NCBI GenBank assembly: GCA_021613535.1
Contig: CP075493.1
Span: 2,046,001 to 2,110,000, forward strand
DNA from: Adineta vaga
Lineage: Eukaryota > Animalia > Rotifera
Length of the DNA: 64,000 nt
Direction: 5' to 3'
This document shows positions 62,152 through 64,000 of this stretch, one piece after another. Below the pieces are notes generated by a model that was not told where the DNA came from, did no database searches, and saw only the letters and a program-made list of their open reading frames with translations. A program made the translations under genes and the position numbers. Within the stretch, counting starts at the first letter, position 1; every line of letters begins with the position of its first letter.

Positions 62152-64000
62152 TTCGAAAATTCTTCAAAAAAATATACGAATTAATCTAGAAAAATTTGCA
62201 TATGAAATCTCTATGTGTTCGTCTATGAACGTTCCGAAGAATGTCAAGTAGAAAATATGAAAGAATAAAAAGAAACGTGTAGATATTTACTCAACACTGT
62301 GATTTGTCTAATTGACATGCAAACAAATCTTTTTTTTTCTGTCGATTTCTATGAACAACGATACAGTGTCCTTATTCCTAGGTCATCTATAGTTCACTTA
62401 CCGGTATTATTTTTCCCGAAACTAATCAATGAAAATTTCATGTCAACGTTTAATTCCTCAATTGGATTCGTCATGCGCATAACACGATTCACTTCGTCAT
62501 CTGTATATCAAGTCTCTTTATATTCCCATCTAATTGAATGAAATACATAGAAGTTGAACTTGACTTTTCGTATAGAGAAAAAAAATTCTCACAACAATCT
62601 CACTCGGAAACGATCTTAATAATATAAAACTTGTTAGCTTTGTTATTTATATATATAGAAAACTAATGAGGAGGAGAAAGAGAGAGAGAGAGTGAGAGAG
62701 AAGGAGAAAAAAGCTCATCTAGTGTTTATCAATATCCGGAATGGTTTGTTTTTCCTAATGTAAATTAACATTTCAGTCTCGTTTTTTCGTTTCTGCATCA
62801 TTTCAACATCCAACCGATAAAGTTAATATATACAACACCATGATAAGGAAAACAACATATGGTTTTATTCGACGGTATATAAATGAAATATCATGTCATG
62901 AAAACCAACAAATATTTCAAGAGAATTAAATTAGATTTTTATTCTTCAATGTTGCATATCGAACGAAATGATACATAACAAAAATTCGATGGATGAATTT
63001 GCATAACAATATGGAAATGATCAAAATTGGTGATAAAATCTTCAAAGATTTTTCAAGGTTATTGAGAACAAAGTTTCAATCGTATAAATCTAAGCTAACT
63101 AACAATGTGAACTGATTTAATTAATATTCATTTATTCAAATGAATCAATGGGATATCTATTTAGATAATTCATGTGAAATTATTTGACATATTTTCTAAA
63201 TATATCAATTTGGAACATCGAGAAAATGTCTTTTAAGTCAAAGTTTGTGCAAATTCTTCATCATACTGACTCAATTGATAGTAAATACTAAAAGATTTAT
63301 ATTTCTAACTGGAACGAGAAAAATGTTTTGAAATTTTAACTTTGTGTATTCTAGAAATTGTGCTTATTAATAATTCTCTCTGATAAATTAAGAGTTAATA
63401 CTAATAAACGCATGATCAGTCACGTATGCTATCAAAATAACATATTTATTTGATCTTCTTTTTCGACGAACAAAATACTTTAAGGCACTTCAATTGTATC
63501 GTTCAATAAATACGCCTTCTTCTCTACTTCCCAAAATATTTCATAGTAATTGACGTTCAAATTACAAAATAAATACATTACTATAGAATGATCAACATCA
63601 TCAATATAAGAGTTGAATAGAGAGCACTTATCTCTCACAAGAAATGGTTTTGATGATACAGATCTTATTTAAAAAAAAAACTTGTTGAATGTCATGATGT
63701 TTTCTAACGTTCGATCAATCATTACAAACGTCCGCTACATCGCATTGTATTCGAAAGCAATGTCGAGTTTTCTTCATTATCAATAAACTTATTTTATCTG
63801 AAATCTCCTTTTATAATTTTGTTAAGACGATTAAGAAAATGAAATTTGATTAAATGCTCTATTTTAGAAAAATTTGACTTTATTCATCATTCGGTCACGT
63901 TAGGGATAACTAGTACAGACCAATAGTATCAGTTAGAAACAGAATTTCATGCTCTTCTCTAATTCATATCGAACATTTGCTTTTGAAGAACTCAAAATAA

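Noticed and set aside
63901-63910. TAGGGATAAC, the start of an I-SceI site
   Set aside because: Only 10 of 18 bases match, which is compatible with chance.

Overview
AT-rich, gene-dense animal DNA with many short (~45-60 nt) GT-AG introns. It is most likely from a bdelloid rotifer (Adineta-like); this is inferred from intron style, the receiver/ADP-ribosyltransferase/TPR gene family, a plant-type PPR-DYW gene and TGTGGG motifs. Conserved genes, in order: two tandem SLC10 transporters, GAS8/DRC4, GSKIP, an HP1-like chromo/chromoshadow protein, a T-type Cav3 channel (EEDD filter), an ammonium transporter, a single-Ig GPI-type protein, an intron-containing histone H1, a GCKIII kinase, PDE12 and a peroxisomal SCP2-domain protein. 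Accessory content: a 6.7-12 kb patch holding a foldback repeat, MITEs, an intact intronless ART-TPR gene bracketed by inverted telomere-like hairpins, and a decayed PPR-DYW pseudogene; a second, decayed ART-TPR copy at 39-40 kb; and two intronless enzyme genes of possible foreign origin (an HxxxDG acyltransferase and a SAM methyltransferase). The best signals not visible in the ORF track are: a spliced PDF-like neuropeptide precursor (61824-62151, minus strand); mutually exclusive Cav3 domain II turret exons (3 Cys versus 6 Cys); an Amt that has lost its Phe gate and first twin-His; operon-like spacers with orphan splice acceptors suggesting SL trans-splicing; and a Shadoo/prion-like RGG-rich GPI-type protein. 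All exon structures and alignments were read by eye; no database searches were run.
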